A DNA stretch of 38,868 nucleotides, taken from Polyangiaceae bacterium (GTDB taxonomy: Bacteria > Myxococcota_A > Polyangia > Polyangiales > Polyangiaceae). The notes beneath the pieces were generated by a model. That model worked only from the letters and a program-made list of their open reading frames with translations. It searched no databases and was not told where the DNA came from. The stretch spans positions 1 to 38,868 of the forward strand of contig JBGANF010000075.1 of assembly GCA_044222475.1 (NCBI GenBank), read 5' to 3'. This document shows positions 9,817 to 18,794 of this stretch, piece after piece; the stretch's first letter is position 1, and each line of letters begins with the position of its first letter. Position numbers and translations under genes: made by a program.

Positions 9817-10899
9817 CTACTCGGCCGCCACGTCGAGGTGCGAGAGCACATCGGCCGGAGGCTGGAAGTCGACGGCGATGCTCGCGCCGTCGTGCACCTT
9901 GCGCAGTCCGTCGAGGAGCACCTTGTCCTTCTCGTCGAGGCCGCTCTCCACGACGAACACGTGAGGCAGCGCGGCGCGCACCTTGATCGGCTTCGAGTGG
10001 ACGACACCCTTGTCGTCGACGACGAAGACGAACTTCTGGTCCAGTACGTCGAACGTCGCCTTCTGCGGAATCACGAGTACGTTCTTGAGCGGGGTCGTCA
10101 TCACGATCTTCCCGGTCTCGCCGTGGCGCAGCAGTCCTTGGGGATTTTCGAACGTGGCGCGGAACGCGAGGTTGCCGGTCCCGTTGTTGAAGTCGGCCTC
10201 GATGGTCTGGACGGTCCCCTGTTGGTCGAAGAGGTCGCCGTTCGCCATGATGAGCTTCACGTACTTGGTGGAGTCGTCTTTGGCTTGGGTCTGATAGGCG
10301 AGGTACTCGGCCTCGCTGACGTTGAAGTAGACCCACACCTTGCTGTTGTCCGACAGCGTCGTGAGGAGGTCGCCCTCGGAGACGAGGCTGCCGAGCCGCG
10401 CCTGGAACCGCCCGACGATCCCGCTGAAGGGCGCGTGGATCTGGGTGAGCGACTGGTGAGTCTTTGCGAGCGACACGTCCGCCTTCGCCTTCGCGACGCG
10501 CGCATTCGCGAGCGAGAGCGCGTTCTGCGAGACGACGTTCTTGTCGGCGAGGAGCTTGGTGTTGGAGAGCTCGATCTCGGAGAGGTTCTGCTCCGCTTGC
10601 GCCTTCTGTGTCTCGGCCTGATACACGACCGGCAGCAGCTGGAACATCGGCTTGCCCGCGTCGACGTGTTGGCCTTCGTCGACGAAGATCCCTTGGAGGT
10701 ATCCCTTCTCGAGCGCTCGTACCTCGATGTGTTGGATGGCCCGGATCTGAGCGACGTACTCCTTGGTGAGCGCGGTGTCCTTCCTCAGGGGGTTGGTGAC
10801 CGGGTACTTGGCTTCGTCGGCTTCGGCTTGGTGCTCGACGTGACAGCTGATCGTCGCGAGTGCAGCCAGCAAGACCAAAGAAATGGAGTGTCGGTACAT
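9817..10899 (-). CDS. RND periplasmic adaptor (membrane fusion protein)
   Basis: Start at ATG 10899 (MYRHSISLVLLAALATISC). Lipoyl-like GYLQGIFVDEGQHV and IHAPFSGIVG motifs. Confidence 0.93.
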   Translation of the reverse strand: MYRHSISLVLLAALATISCHVEHQAEADEAKYPVTNPLRKDTALTKEYVAQIRAIQHIEVRALEKGYLQGIFVDEGQHVDAGKPMFQLLPVVYQAETQKAQAEQNLSEIELSNTKLLADKNVVSQNALSLANARVAKAKADVSLAKTHQSLTQIHAPFSGIVGRFQARLGSLVSEGDLLTTLSDNSKVWVYFNVSEAEYLAYQTQAKDDSTKYVKLIMANGDLFDQQGTVQTIEADFNNGTGNLAFRATFENPQGLLRHGETGKIVMTTPLKNVLVIPQKATFDVLDQKFVFVVDDKGVVHSKPIKVRAALPHVFVVESGLDEKDKVLLDGLRKVHDGASIAVDFQPPADVLSHLDVAAE

Positions 10900-11022
10900 G
10901 GTTCGTCTTCTTCCGGGACGGAGTTCTTCCAAAGGGCGAGCGGGCCTCCGGCTTCGCAGCCTGGGCAACCGAGCGCGCGCCTGGCGTGAGCCTCGGCGCG
11001 GGGATTCAATGGATGAGCAGCG

Positions 11023-11517
11023 TCAGGCGGGCGGGCCGCGAGGAAGTCCGCGACCCGCGGCGAAGCGGGTGGGGTCCGCGGTCGGTCCGTCGCGCGGGGG
11101 GCCAGCCGAGTCGTCCGCGCGAGGCGCGCGCACGAGGCTCGCGACGGGCTCCCAGTCGTCCGTGGCGCTGGATGCGTCGTCCAGATCGTCCACGAGCGAG
11201 GCTCTGCCCGTGTCGTGTGCGCCGACCGAGCGGGCAGACCCATCGCGCAGCGCGTGGTGGTGGTGCAGACCCAACGCCACGCGGAGCCCGACGACGCGGC
11301 ACTTGATGCGCACCGGGGGCCCGCTTTGGGCGACCGACGCAGCAGCGACGTTCGACCCGGCGACCGGGGCGGGTTGGTCGGTGGCGACGAGCGTCAGCAC
11401 GAGCGCGGAGAGCGCGGCGATCGACAACCACCGAAGAACGGCCGCGAGCCAGCGCACGCGACCGCGAGCTCGGAGCGAGCTCGGGAGGGCCGTGTCGGTG
11501 GAAGGCTGCGAGTTCAT
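11023..11517 (-). CDS. Small exported/membrane leader protein ending in RGPPA; putative ribosome-arrest uORF of the RND operon
   Basis: 164 aa: basic N-region, hydrophobic helix (WLSIAALSALVLTLVA), HHHH, acidic linker, terminal ...GLPRGPPA-stop. Lies 123 nt upstream of the MFP gene on the same strand. Confidence 0.65.
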   Translation of the reverse strand: MNSQPSTDTALPSSLRARGRVRWLAAVLRWLSIAALSALVLTLVATDQPAPVAGSNVAAASVAQSGPPVRIKCRVVGLRVALGLHHHHALRDGSARSVGAHDTGRASLVDDLDDASSATDDWEPVASLVRAPRADDSAGPPRDGPTADPTRFAAGRGLPRGPPA

Positions 11518-11769
11518 GGGTGGGAGCTCGATACCGCGATGGGATGACTCATAGCACCATCGCGTGAGCGGGGAAAACCTGCGGCCGAGAAACCCGAGAG
11601 TCGGAGGCGCCATTCCCAGCGTGCAAATGGGGATTCCACGCGGGGCGATCTGTCCGGGCGCTCACGCGACGAGCCTCGCGATGGGTGAATGCCCCGACTC
11701 GCGCCCGCTCCTCGCTGCCCCAGGTCCGCGGTGCGATGTGCCCCACCTGTCGCCCCCTGCGGAACAACA

Positions 11770-12053
11770 AACTCCGCTTCGACTGCGGTGAAGCCTGAGC
11801 ATGTCGTCGAGATCCGACGTTGCGAGGACATCGCCTGGACGCGAAGCCGCCGACGCCATCGCCATGGCGTCGATGGTCAGCGGACACTCGCCTCTCCTCG
11901 GGGTGACGGCCGCCAGCGCTCGCCCGGCGAGGCGTAGCGTCGCCTCGGACAGCCAGTCGGCCGCGCCACCACTCGGCGATGCACGCAGACGGGACGAACA
12001 CACGACCGGTCGCGAGCATGTGAACCGCGCGATGCTTCCGGTGTGAAGTTCAT
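11770..12053 (-). pseudogene. Decayed PIN-domain (VapC-like) toxin
   Basis: Pieces in different frames: VPSACIAEWWRG and LRLAGRALAAV...TIDAMAMASAA...VLATSDLDDM. They are collinear with the intact PIN gene at 18795-19175. The 3' end is approximate. Confidence 0.75.
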
Positions 12054-12054
12054 C

Positions 12055-12250
12055 TCACCCGCCCCGTCGTCGGCGGGGGCGGGTCTGCGCCGCGAGCTGG
12101 GACAGCGCGCCGTATCCGGACCATTCCGCGATCCGATCCACGGCGGCCTTGCGCCGCGCTTCACGGGCGATGGCAGCGACGAGTTTCGACACGTTGCCGC
12201 CAAAGTGGGCCGCAGCTTCTTCTTTCAGGATCCTGTCGGTCACCGCGTCG
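12055..12250 (-). pseudogene. Truncated antitoxin (paralog of 19172-19429)
   Basis: ILKEEAAAHFGGNVSKLVAAIARE matches VLKRRAKRAYGGNVSRVVSDAIK. No clear N-terminus; sits next to the simple repeat. Confidence 0.65.
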
Positions 12251-12279
12251 TGCCGGCATCGCGCCACCCGTCGCGGTCG

Positions 12280-12390
12280 CGGAAGCGGACTCGGAAAACG
12301 GAAACGGAAACGGAGACGGAAGCGGACTCGGAAGCGGACTCGGAAGCGGAAGCGGAAGCGGAAGCGGAAGCGGAAGCGGAAGCGGAAACG
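12280..12390. repeat. Hexanucleotide tandem repeat (CGGAAG/CGGAAA/CGGACT)n, ~18 units
   Basis: Directly visible ...cggaagcggactcggaagcggaagcggaag... Confidence 0.95.
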
Positions 12391-12467
12391 CGAGCCGCAT
12401 GGGGCACTCTTCGGTTTGGCGACGAGTCCATGTACGTTTGACTCCACCGCGGGACTGAGTGCGCCCC

Positions 12468-12947
12468 ATGAAAAAGACAACCGCGTCCGCCATCTCGACG
12501 GTCGGTCTACAGGACTCGGTGGCGCTCGCCGCCGACATCGCCGCCGGTGCCGACGTCAACGTGTCGGACCGGGACGGTCGCACGCCACTTCACGCCGCCG
12601 CGCTCGAAGGCCTCGAGGATGCAACGGCGATGTTGCTCGCTGCGGGTGCTGATCCCAATTCGCGGGACGACGGAGGGCGAACTGCCCTTCACTTCGCCGC
12701 AGCGGAGTATCACCTCGGCGTCGCCGAGCAGCTGCTGAACGCCGGCGCCATCGTCGACGCGTCCGACGAACACGGTAACACCCCTCTGTTTCGCGCCACC
12801 TTCGAGTCGCGCGGCCGCGGCGGCATGATCTCGCTGCTGCTGCGTCACGGAGCCGATCGAGACCACGTGAATCGCCGCGGCGTCTCACCGCGTGAGCTTG
12901 CTTTCACCATCAGTAACTTCGACGTGAAGCAATGGTTCGGCGAGTAG
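12468..12947 (+). CDS. Ankyrin repeat protein (possible immunity protein)
   Basis: Repeats GRTPLHAAA, GRTALHFAA and GNTPLFRA, with GADVN/GADPN linkers. Confidence 0.9.
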   Translation: MKKTTASAISTVGLQDSVALAADIAAGADVNVSDRDGRTPLHAAALEGLEDATAMLLAAGADPNSRDDGGRTALHFAAAEYHLGVAEQLLNAGAIVDASDEHGNTPLFRATFESRGRGGMISLLLRHGADRDHVNRRGVSPRELAFTISNFDVKQWFGE

Positions 12948-12980
12948 TAGGTCCGCCATACTGACCCCCATGGCAACGAC

Positions 12981-13493
12981 ATGAAGATGTCTCGAGATCG
13001 AGCGCTCGCGTTTCTTCGTCGCAACCAACCCATGGCTGCCGATGTGGACCTGACTCGGTCCGCAGTGGAGGAACTGGATTCAGTCCGTCGATACTTGCTG
13101 CAAAATCCGGATCCAGAAGCGCTCGACCTGTTGATGGGAGTCTTCGGTGACGGAAACGGTCACGGCGTCTACCAACTCGTTGAAGACGTCATCGCCGCAT
13201 ACGACCGGAACCGAGTCATCCCGCTGCTCGGAAAGAAGATCGAAACTGGATGCCGCTCGGTCCGCTATTGGTGCACGCAGATTGCCCTGGGCTACCCGGA
13301 CGAACGGCTCATCGATGCGCTGCGCCGAAACCTCGATCCGAATGACTACGATCTGCGGTTCTTCACGATTGCAGCTCTCGACGGAATCGGAACAGCCAGA
13401 GCCCAAGACGTGCTCGCGAGCTGGCTCCCGGAGGAAGCCGACCCGCAACTGCGCGAGTTGACGTTGGAAGCATTGAGGAAATCAGGGCGCTGA
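12981..13493 (+). CDS. HEAT-repeat-like protein, probable polymorphic-toxin immunity protein
   Basis: ALAFLRRNQPM...FGDGNGHGVYQLVED, then HEAT-like helical pairs. Visibly less GC-biased codons. Confidence 0.75.
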   Translation: MKMSRDRALAFLRRNQPMAADVDLTRSAVEELDSVRRYLLQNPDPEALDLLMGVFGDGNGHGVYQLVEDVIAAYDRNRVIPLLGKKIETGCRSVRYWCTQIALGYPDERLIDALRRNLDPNDYDLRFFTIAALDGIGTARAQDVLASWLPEEADPQLRELTLEALRKSGR

Positions 13494-13784
13494 TGCGGAC
13501 CCGCTCGCGATCCAGTAGCCCCAACACAGCCCCAGCACGGACACCTCCACCGCAAGAGGCACCCACGACCACGCGAGCCGCGCGCCGATGCTGCCCAGCG
13601 GAGCCACGAGGATCGCAACGAACCCGAGCACGCTCCCGACGATCGGCGTCCCGGAGATCCCACGGCGATCCCCCGAGCGCCACCGTCGCCTCACGATGAC
13701 GACCGCGCTGATCGGACCCACGACGGCAGAGAAGACCGCCGCGAGCACCAACACGATCGCCAGGATGGCGCTCACCACCAGCAT
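13482..13784 (-). CDS. Small integral membrane protein (~3 TM)
   Basis: Hydrophobic segments around SGTPIVGSVLG; 100 aa from ATG 13784. Confidence 0.6.
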   Translation of the reverse strand: MLVVSAILAIVLVLAAVFSAVVGPISAVVIVRRRWRSGDRRGISGTPIVGSVLGFVAILVAPLGSIGARLAWSWVPLAVEVSVLGLCWGYWIASGSASAP

Positions 13785-13907
13785 TCCGGGGTCCAACCCG
13801 CGAGACGAACCGAATCGTCCCGCGGGTCGTCCTCCGTCACCCGCTCCCACGAGCGAGCCGATGAGCTGCGGTAGTGCGACTCCCCACGCGGGGATGCCGC
13901 TACCAGC

Positions 13908-15383
13908 TCACCCAGGGAATCTCACGATGGTGAACACCGACGCCTGGGTCGGAGGCTTGGGTTCGGAGGGAGCGATCGGCCCGGCTCCAAAGTCGAGCGG
14001 CCTGTCGCTGTAGATCGCGGCTACCACACCGCCGTCTGGCATCTCGGCGACGCCGTAGACGAGCGTCAAGCCCGCATCGGAGAAACATCGCGCCCATGCG
14101 AAGTCGCCGGACGCGCTTCGCCGTGCGATGAAACCGCGGAAGACCTGCGTGTGGAGGACGATGTGCCCGAGCTTCGCCCCGTAGAGGAACTCACCTGAGA
14201 TCAGGACGCCGTCTTGACCCGCGGGCCGCGCGTCGAACATGAACACGTGACGATATCCATCCTCCCGAGGTCCGAGCCGAGTGAAGGAGACAATCGTCCC
14301 ATCTGGAGATATTTCGATGAGCCCACCGTCGTCGTCGTGTCCGATGGACTGCTGACCGTTGCCGAGCTCCACCACGTCGGAGAGCTCCATCGTGCCCACG
14401 AGAACGTTTCCGTTCTGGAGTCGGGTCATCGGCAGAGGGATGTCGTTGCTCGCTCCTCTGATCGGAATCACCCAACGCAGCTTGCCGTTCGCATCGAAGC
14501 GAGCCACGCCGATGTCTGGACCTCCCTTGCTCGACAGGACCGTGCCTTGGAGCTCGATCGTCTTCTCGAAACCGAACGAAAGGATGACGCCGCCATCCTC
14601 CATCGGTAGAGCTGGCATCGGCCCGTAGGACGCGGGTACGGTTGCGTAGGCGCCTAGCTTCCCAGACTCGTCGTAGCGGCCGACGAACAGGGATGCGGAT
14701 TGGACCTTCGCCCCCCAATCGACCGGCCCACCTCCCGAGAGCGTGAAACCGGGTTGCCCGTTGCCGTGCAGCGTCAGCACGACCCCGAAGTGCTCCGGCG
14801 TCGGGGAGGCGGCGAAGCGGACGGCAGACTCGACCTTCGCGTCCGCATCGAGATGAAGGACGTAGACGCCCAAGTCGCTCGGAGCGGCGTCGAAGGACGA
14901 CGCTCCGAACGTCCTCGGTCCAAGCGCGCTGAGCCCGAGCCTGAAGCCGCCGCCGCCGTCCGTCGTTGCCGGAGTATAGGCCTCGCGCTCTGGTGGTCCG
15001 TCGAACGTCTTCCAGGCGTGGCTCGCGAGGTACTTTCCCTGTGCGTTCAGCAGGAGCGCGAACGGTCGCCTCATTTCGTCGCTGCCGAGAGGACCTCCGC
15101 CCAAGTCCACTCCGCCCCGAATCGATCCCGAAACGAGAATTCTTCCTGCTGGAGAGACGGCGAGCCCGTAGGGGACGCCACTCCAATGCGCGACTGCCCA
15201 GACGGGCGCGTCGGCCACACCGACGTTGGCGGGGCAATCGACGACGACTTCGGGCGTCTCGGCGTCTTCCGCATCGGGCGCGCTGGCGTCCGTCGCGGTC
15301 GAGTCCACGTGAGCGTCCGCGACGGTCGAATCCACGCGACCCCCGCAAGCGATCACGACGACGACGAGGGCGAGCCGGCGCAC
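13908..15383 (-). CDS. Beta-propeller repeat lipoprotein
   Basis: GTG start VRRLALVVVVIACGG. Repeated D..VARFD..G...W blades. Confidence 0.75.
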   Translation of the reverse strand: MRRLALVVVVIACGGRVDSTVADAHVDSTATDASAPDAEDAETPEVVVDCPANVGVADAPVWAVAHWSGVPYGLAVSPAGRILVSGSIRGGVDLGGGPLGSDEMRRPFALLLNAQGKYLASHAWKTFDGPPEREAYTPATTDGGGGFRLGLSALGPRTFGASSFDAAPSDLGVYVLHLDADAKVESAVRFAASPTPEHFGVVLTLHGNGQPGFTLSGGGPVDWGAKVQSASLFVGRYDESGKLGAYATVPASYGPMPALPMEDGGVILSFGFEKTIELQGTVLSSKGGPDIGVARFDANGKLRWVIPIRGASNDIPLPMTRLQNGNVLVGTMELSDVVELGNGQQSIGHDDDGGLIEISPDGTIVSFTRLGPREDGYRHVFMFDARPAGQDGVLISGEFLYGAKLGHIVLHTQVFRGFIARRSASGDFAWARCFSDAGLTLVYGVAEMPDGGVVAAIYSDRPLDFGAGPIAPSEPKPPTQASVFTIVRFPG

Positions 15384-15527
15384 CTCTTCACCATAGCAGG
15401 CCTGCTCTCCGGGAAGCCTCGTCGAGCGCGTTCTTTGGAACTTCTCGGCGACGTCGTGATGGACGCATCCGAAAGGGGATGAACGAACGGCGGCGAGAGG
15501 GGACCGTCGTGCTGGTCGCACGAGCGC

Positions 15528-16544
15528 CTACTCGTACATCACGTATTCAGGCAGCGGCGTGAGGGCCATGACTTCCTTCGGGCCCATCAGCCGATCGCCG
15601 AAGCGCACGTCCTCGTCGAAGAAGAGCTTGAAACCTGGGTGGACCTCGGGGCCCATCGACTTCACGAGGTAGTCGTACGTGGCGACCTTCGCGCGCGCGA
15701 ACCCGAGCCCGTCGACGCTCTTGATGAGCACGACTCCGGGGTGCGCGACGAGCGCGCCCTCGTTCAGCAGCACGTACCCGTTCACCTGGTGGAAGACGAG
15801 CGCCTTCTCCGGCAGCTTGTTCTCGCGGACGACGTCGGCCATGTACGCCGCGACGTCGTTGATGACCTCGCCGGACGTGTGCCCGTAGACCGAGCCCGGC
15901 TTCTGGTCGGGTTTCCACATCGCCCACTCGGGATCGAGCGCGATGCCCACGTCGGGCTCGCGCAGCCAGCGGTCGAACGCCTTCACCTCGGTGAGAAAGT
16001 CCGAGTGGCCCGGCTGGATGTTCAGCAACAGCAGCGCCTTCGCCTCGCGCGCCGCCTTCAGGTAGTCGTCGACGACCGACGCCGGCACGCGGCGGCGCCA
16101 CGCCTTGTCGGGTCCGGCAGCACCCATGACGATGACGGCGATGAGCTCGAACGCGGGCAACACTTCGCGGTCGCCGCCGTACTTCTCGGCGAGCGCCGAG
16201 AGCTCCTGCGCGCGGCGCGTCAGGTTGCCTTGCAGCGCGCCGAGCTCCGGCGCTCCGGGCGTGCCGCAGTAGCCGACGATGCGATGGCGCGGGAAGAGCG
16301 TGCGGCCACCGCGCGGGAGCGTGGGGAGCGGTACGTCGGGGACGGGCTCGACCTCGGTCTCGGCGTCCGCGGGAACTGCCGCCGCGACGATGGGTGGCGG
16401 GGCCAGCTCGGTCGGGCGCGCCGTCGCAGGAGCGACCGCGTGGTAGGGACGCCCGACGGCGTGACTCTGCGTCACGCAGCCCGAACCAGCGAGTACAGCG
16501 GCGATGGCGAGGAGCCGCGGGAGCGCGAGTCGAGAGGGGAGCAC
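15528..16544 (-). CDS. Conserved hypothetical lipoprotein (possible TIM-barrel/glycoside hydrolase-like fold)
   Basis: Lipobox GSGC, Pro-rich linker, motifs LLLNIQPG, GIALDPEW, LVFHQ and GFKLFFDED. Start approximate. Confidence 0.7.
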   Translation of the reverse strand: MLPSRLALPRLLAIAAVLAGSGCVTQSHAVGRPYHAVAPATARPTELAPPPIVAAAVPADAETEVEPVPDVPLPTLPRGGRTLFPRHRIVGYCGTPGAPELGALQGNLTRRAQELSALAEKYGGDREVLPAFELIAVIVMGAAGPDKAWRRRVPASVVDDYLKAAREAKALLLLNIQPGHSDFLTEVKAFDRWLREPDVGIALDPEWAMWKPDQKPGSVYGHTSGEVINDVAAYMADVVRENKLPEKALVFHQVNGYVLLNEGALVAHPGVVLIKSVDGLGFARAKVATYDYLVKSMGPEVHPGFKLFFDEDVRFGDRLMGPKEVMALTPLPEYVMYE

Positions 16545-16603
16545 GCACCGTATCTTGCTCGCGGCCGCTTCGGTGGGCCAAGAGAACTGGGTACCATGGG
16601 CCC

Positions 16604-17410
16604 ATGCGACCCCTCCATGCGCGGCTGGTCCGGGAGGCCAAGCGCCGCGACCCGAAGTTCGCACCGCGACCGTTCACCGCGAAGGCGCTCGAGCCCATTC
16701 GACGGTGGCTCGGCACCATCCCCGACGATTACCGTGCGTTCCTCCTGGAGATCGGCCGGCTCACGGGGAGCCTGACGATCGGGCATCCGTCCGATTTCGA
16801 TCTGACGGAGCTTCCGGACGACTTCCTCCCGTTCGCCGAGGACGACGAGCACGTCTACGCGTACGCCAAGCTGGTGGACGAGAGGCAGCTCGCGGAGGAC
16901 CTTCGCGGCAGCGCCGTCGAGAAGAGGTCCGATCTCGAGACGGATCTCGAAGAGGGCAACGTCGACGACGAGGACGCGGAGGAACGCCGCGCGGAGATCG
17001 CGGAGATCGAAGGAGAAGTCGAGCGGCTCGAAGGCGATGGTCCGATCCGATTCGGGATTGCGTCGTGGAACAAGCACGACGGCGAGGTCACGCGTCGCAA
17101 GGACACCTTCGAGTTCTGGCTCGAGCGCATCACGGCGCCGAAGCCGAAAGCGCCGGCAGCCGCACCTAAGGCCGCCGCGACGGGGATCGCGGAGGCCGAC
17201 CTCGCACGCGCGCTCGACCTGATCGATCTGCTCGTCGCGACGGAGAAGCTCGAGGTCGACGCGTCGTTCGACGAGAAGGCCTGCGCGAAGAAGCTCGCGA
17301 AGCACTTGGGCGACGCGGAGCGAGTCGCGGAGATCCTCGTCGACGTGCGCGGAGTCGTGGAGCTCTACGCGACCGAGCTCGAGATCGAGACGGCGCTGTC
17401 GCGCGACTGA
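16604..17410 (+). CDS. SMI1/KNR4 (SUKH)-like protein with acidic coiled-coil insert
   Basis: LGTIPDDYRAFLLEIG...FLPFAED...TFEFWLE. ATG 16604 follows a TACCAT box. Confidence 0.7.
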   Translation: MRPLHARLVREAKRRDPKFAPRPFTAKALEPIRRWLGTIPDDYRAFLLEIGRLTGSLTIGHPSDFDLTELPDDFLPFAEDDEHVYAYAKLVDERQLAEDLRGSAVEKRSDLETDLEEGNVDDEDAEERRAEIAEIEGEVERLEGDGPIRFGIASWNKHDGEVTRRKDTFEFWLERITAPKPKAPAAAPKAAATGIAEADLARALDLIDLLVATEKLEVDASFDEKACAKKLAKHLGDAERVAEILVDVRGVVELYATELEIETALSRD

Positions 17411-17416
17411 GGCTCG

Positions 17417-18670
17417 TCAGGGATCCTCGACGCGCATGATCGTGCCGTCGTCCGTCATCGCGTAGAGGGCGTGCTCTCTCGCGGGGGCGACGTAGGTGAA
17501 CGACTGGCCCGGCGGCGCGGGGATGCTCCAGCGAAGCGATCCGTCCTCGAGGGCGTGCGCTACGAGGCTCGTACCCCACGTCACGATCGTCGAGTCGGCG
17601 TCGACGAAGAGCGGAATCGCTCCGGCGCCGCCCATCGGTGGCGGCAGTTCGATCTCCGGAACCGCTACGCGGAAGCGGATCGCCGCGCTCGACGTGATGG
17701 CGAGGAGCTCGTGCGTCGTGCGCACGACCACCGTACCGTCGCGCGCAATGGCGAGGTGGGCGGCGCCCGTGGTTTCCAGCGGCGTCATCGTCTCGAAGTT
17801 CGGCGGGCGTAGGATCCAGAGCTTCGTGCCCGTGGGATCTTCCGTCGCGAGCGCGACGTCGCCGCGGGGAGTCTGCGCGAGGTTCGATGCGAGGCTCGCG
17901 GCCGGGAGGAGCATCGTCGTCCCCGGAGCTCCCGCATCATCGAAGAATCGGACCGAGACCGCAGCGCTCTCCCAATCCTCGCACGCGCTCGCCACTCCTC
18001 CGCCCGCGAGCCGAATGGTTGCCGCCGGGTTGCTCTGGTCTCCGTCGAGAGGTACGCATCCCGTGGCAGCGGTGAAGCGTCTGCTGCCGTGAACGTCGAT
18101 GCGGTCGATCCCACCAATGGATCGCGAGAGCGGCCCGCGGCTCTCCCGACTCAGATCGAGGGACCCGTCCGCGCCTGGGGCGTTGATGTCCCAAAGTGGG
18201 AAGCGTGACGGCACCACGATGCCAGCAACCTCCCCGTCGGACGTTCGCGCGACGATCGCCATCTCGTGGGCCCACATCTCCCGCCCAACGACTCTTCTGG
18301 CGCGGTCGAGGAACCGGACGCTTCCGGCAGCCTGCGGCCGCAACGCGGTGAATCCTTCGGCATCGACCACGAAGCCCGCCCCGAAGAGCGTCTCCTGGTC
18401 GTCTACGACGAACGGAGCCGTCCCTCCGTTCGTCGGGAGGCGCACGGACCACACGACACGCGGCGCGAGCGGCGCCCGAGCAGGCGCGCGGTGAGACCCG
18501 TCGGAGCAGAACCCGATCGCTGGTGTCGCCGCTCCGGCGAGCGTCGCGTCGTGGCAAAAGGGATCGGCGCTGGGGACCGGTGCCTCACGGTCGAGCGACG
18601 AGCGGCCGCACGCGAGGTCGAGTGCGACGCCGCCGACGACGGCCACGGCGATGAATCTTCGAGCGCGCAT
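17417..18670 (-). CDS. PQQ-like beta-propeller lipoprotein
   Basis: MRARRFIAVAVVGGVALDLAC signal; LVAHALEDGSLRW blade motif. Confidence 0.7.
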   Translation of the reverse strand: MRARRFIAVAVVGGVALDLACGRSSLDREAPVPSADPFCHDATLAGAATPAIGFCSDGSHRAPARAPLAPRVVWSVRLPTNGGTAPFVVDDQETLFGAGFVVDAEGFTALRPQAAGSVRFLDRARRVVGREMWAHEMAIVARTSDGEVAGIVVPSRFPLWDINAPGADGSLDLSRESRGPLSRSIGGIDRIDVHGSRRFTAATGCVPLDGDQSNPAATIRLAGGGVASACEDWESAAVSVRFFDDAGAPGTTMLLPAASLASNLAQTPRGDVALATEDPTGTKLWILRPPNFETMTPLETTGAAHLAIARDGTVVVRTTHELLAITSSAAIRFRVAVPEIELPPPMGGAGAIPLFVDADSTIVTWGTSLVAHALEDGSLRWSIPAPPGQSFTYVAPAREHALYAMTDDGTIMRVEDP

Positions 18671-18794
18671 TGCCCGCTGCCAAGCAGGTGCCGTGCCGTC
18701 CATGATTTCCGCGGCGCAGGCCGGTATCCGTCAATCCTCGCACGACCCTGGTAGAGCTCGAATCCAGTCACAAGTTCGAAGTGCGAGTCTGCCG

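Noticed and set aside
12280..12390. Possible CRISPR array
   Set aside because: 6-bp tandem units with no spacers and no cas genes.
12043..12652. ORFs with (EA)n, (RK)n, (FR)n, (PL)n or (AS)n tracts
   Set aside because: Translations of the hexamer microsatellite; no evidence that the repeat is coding.
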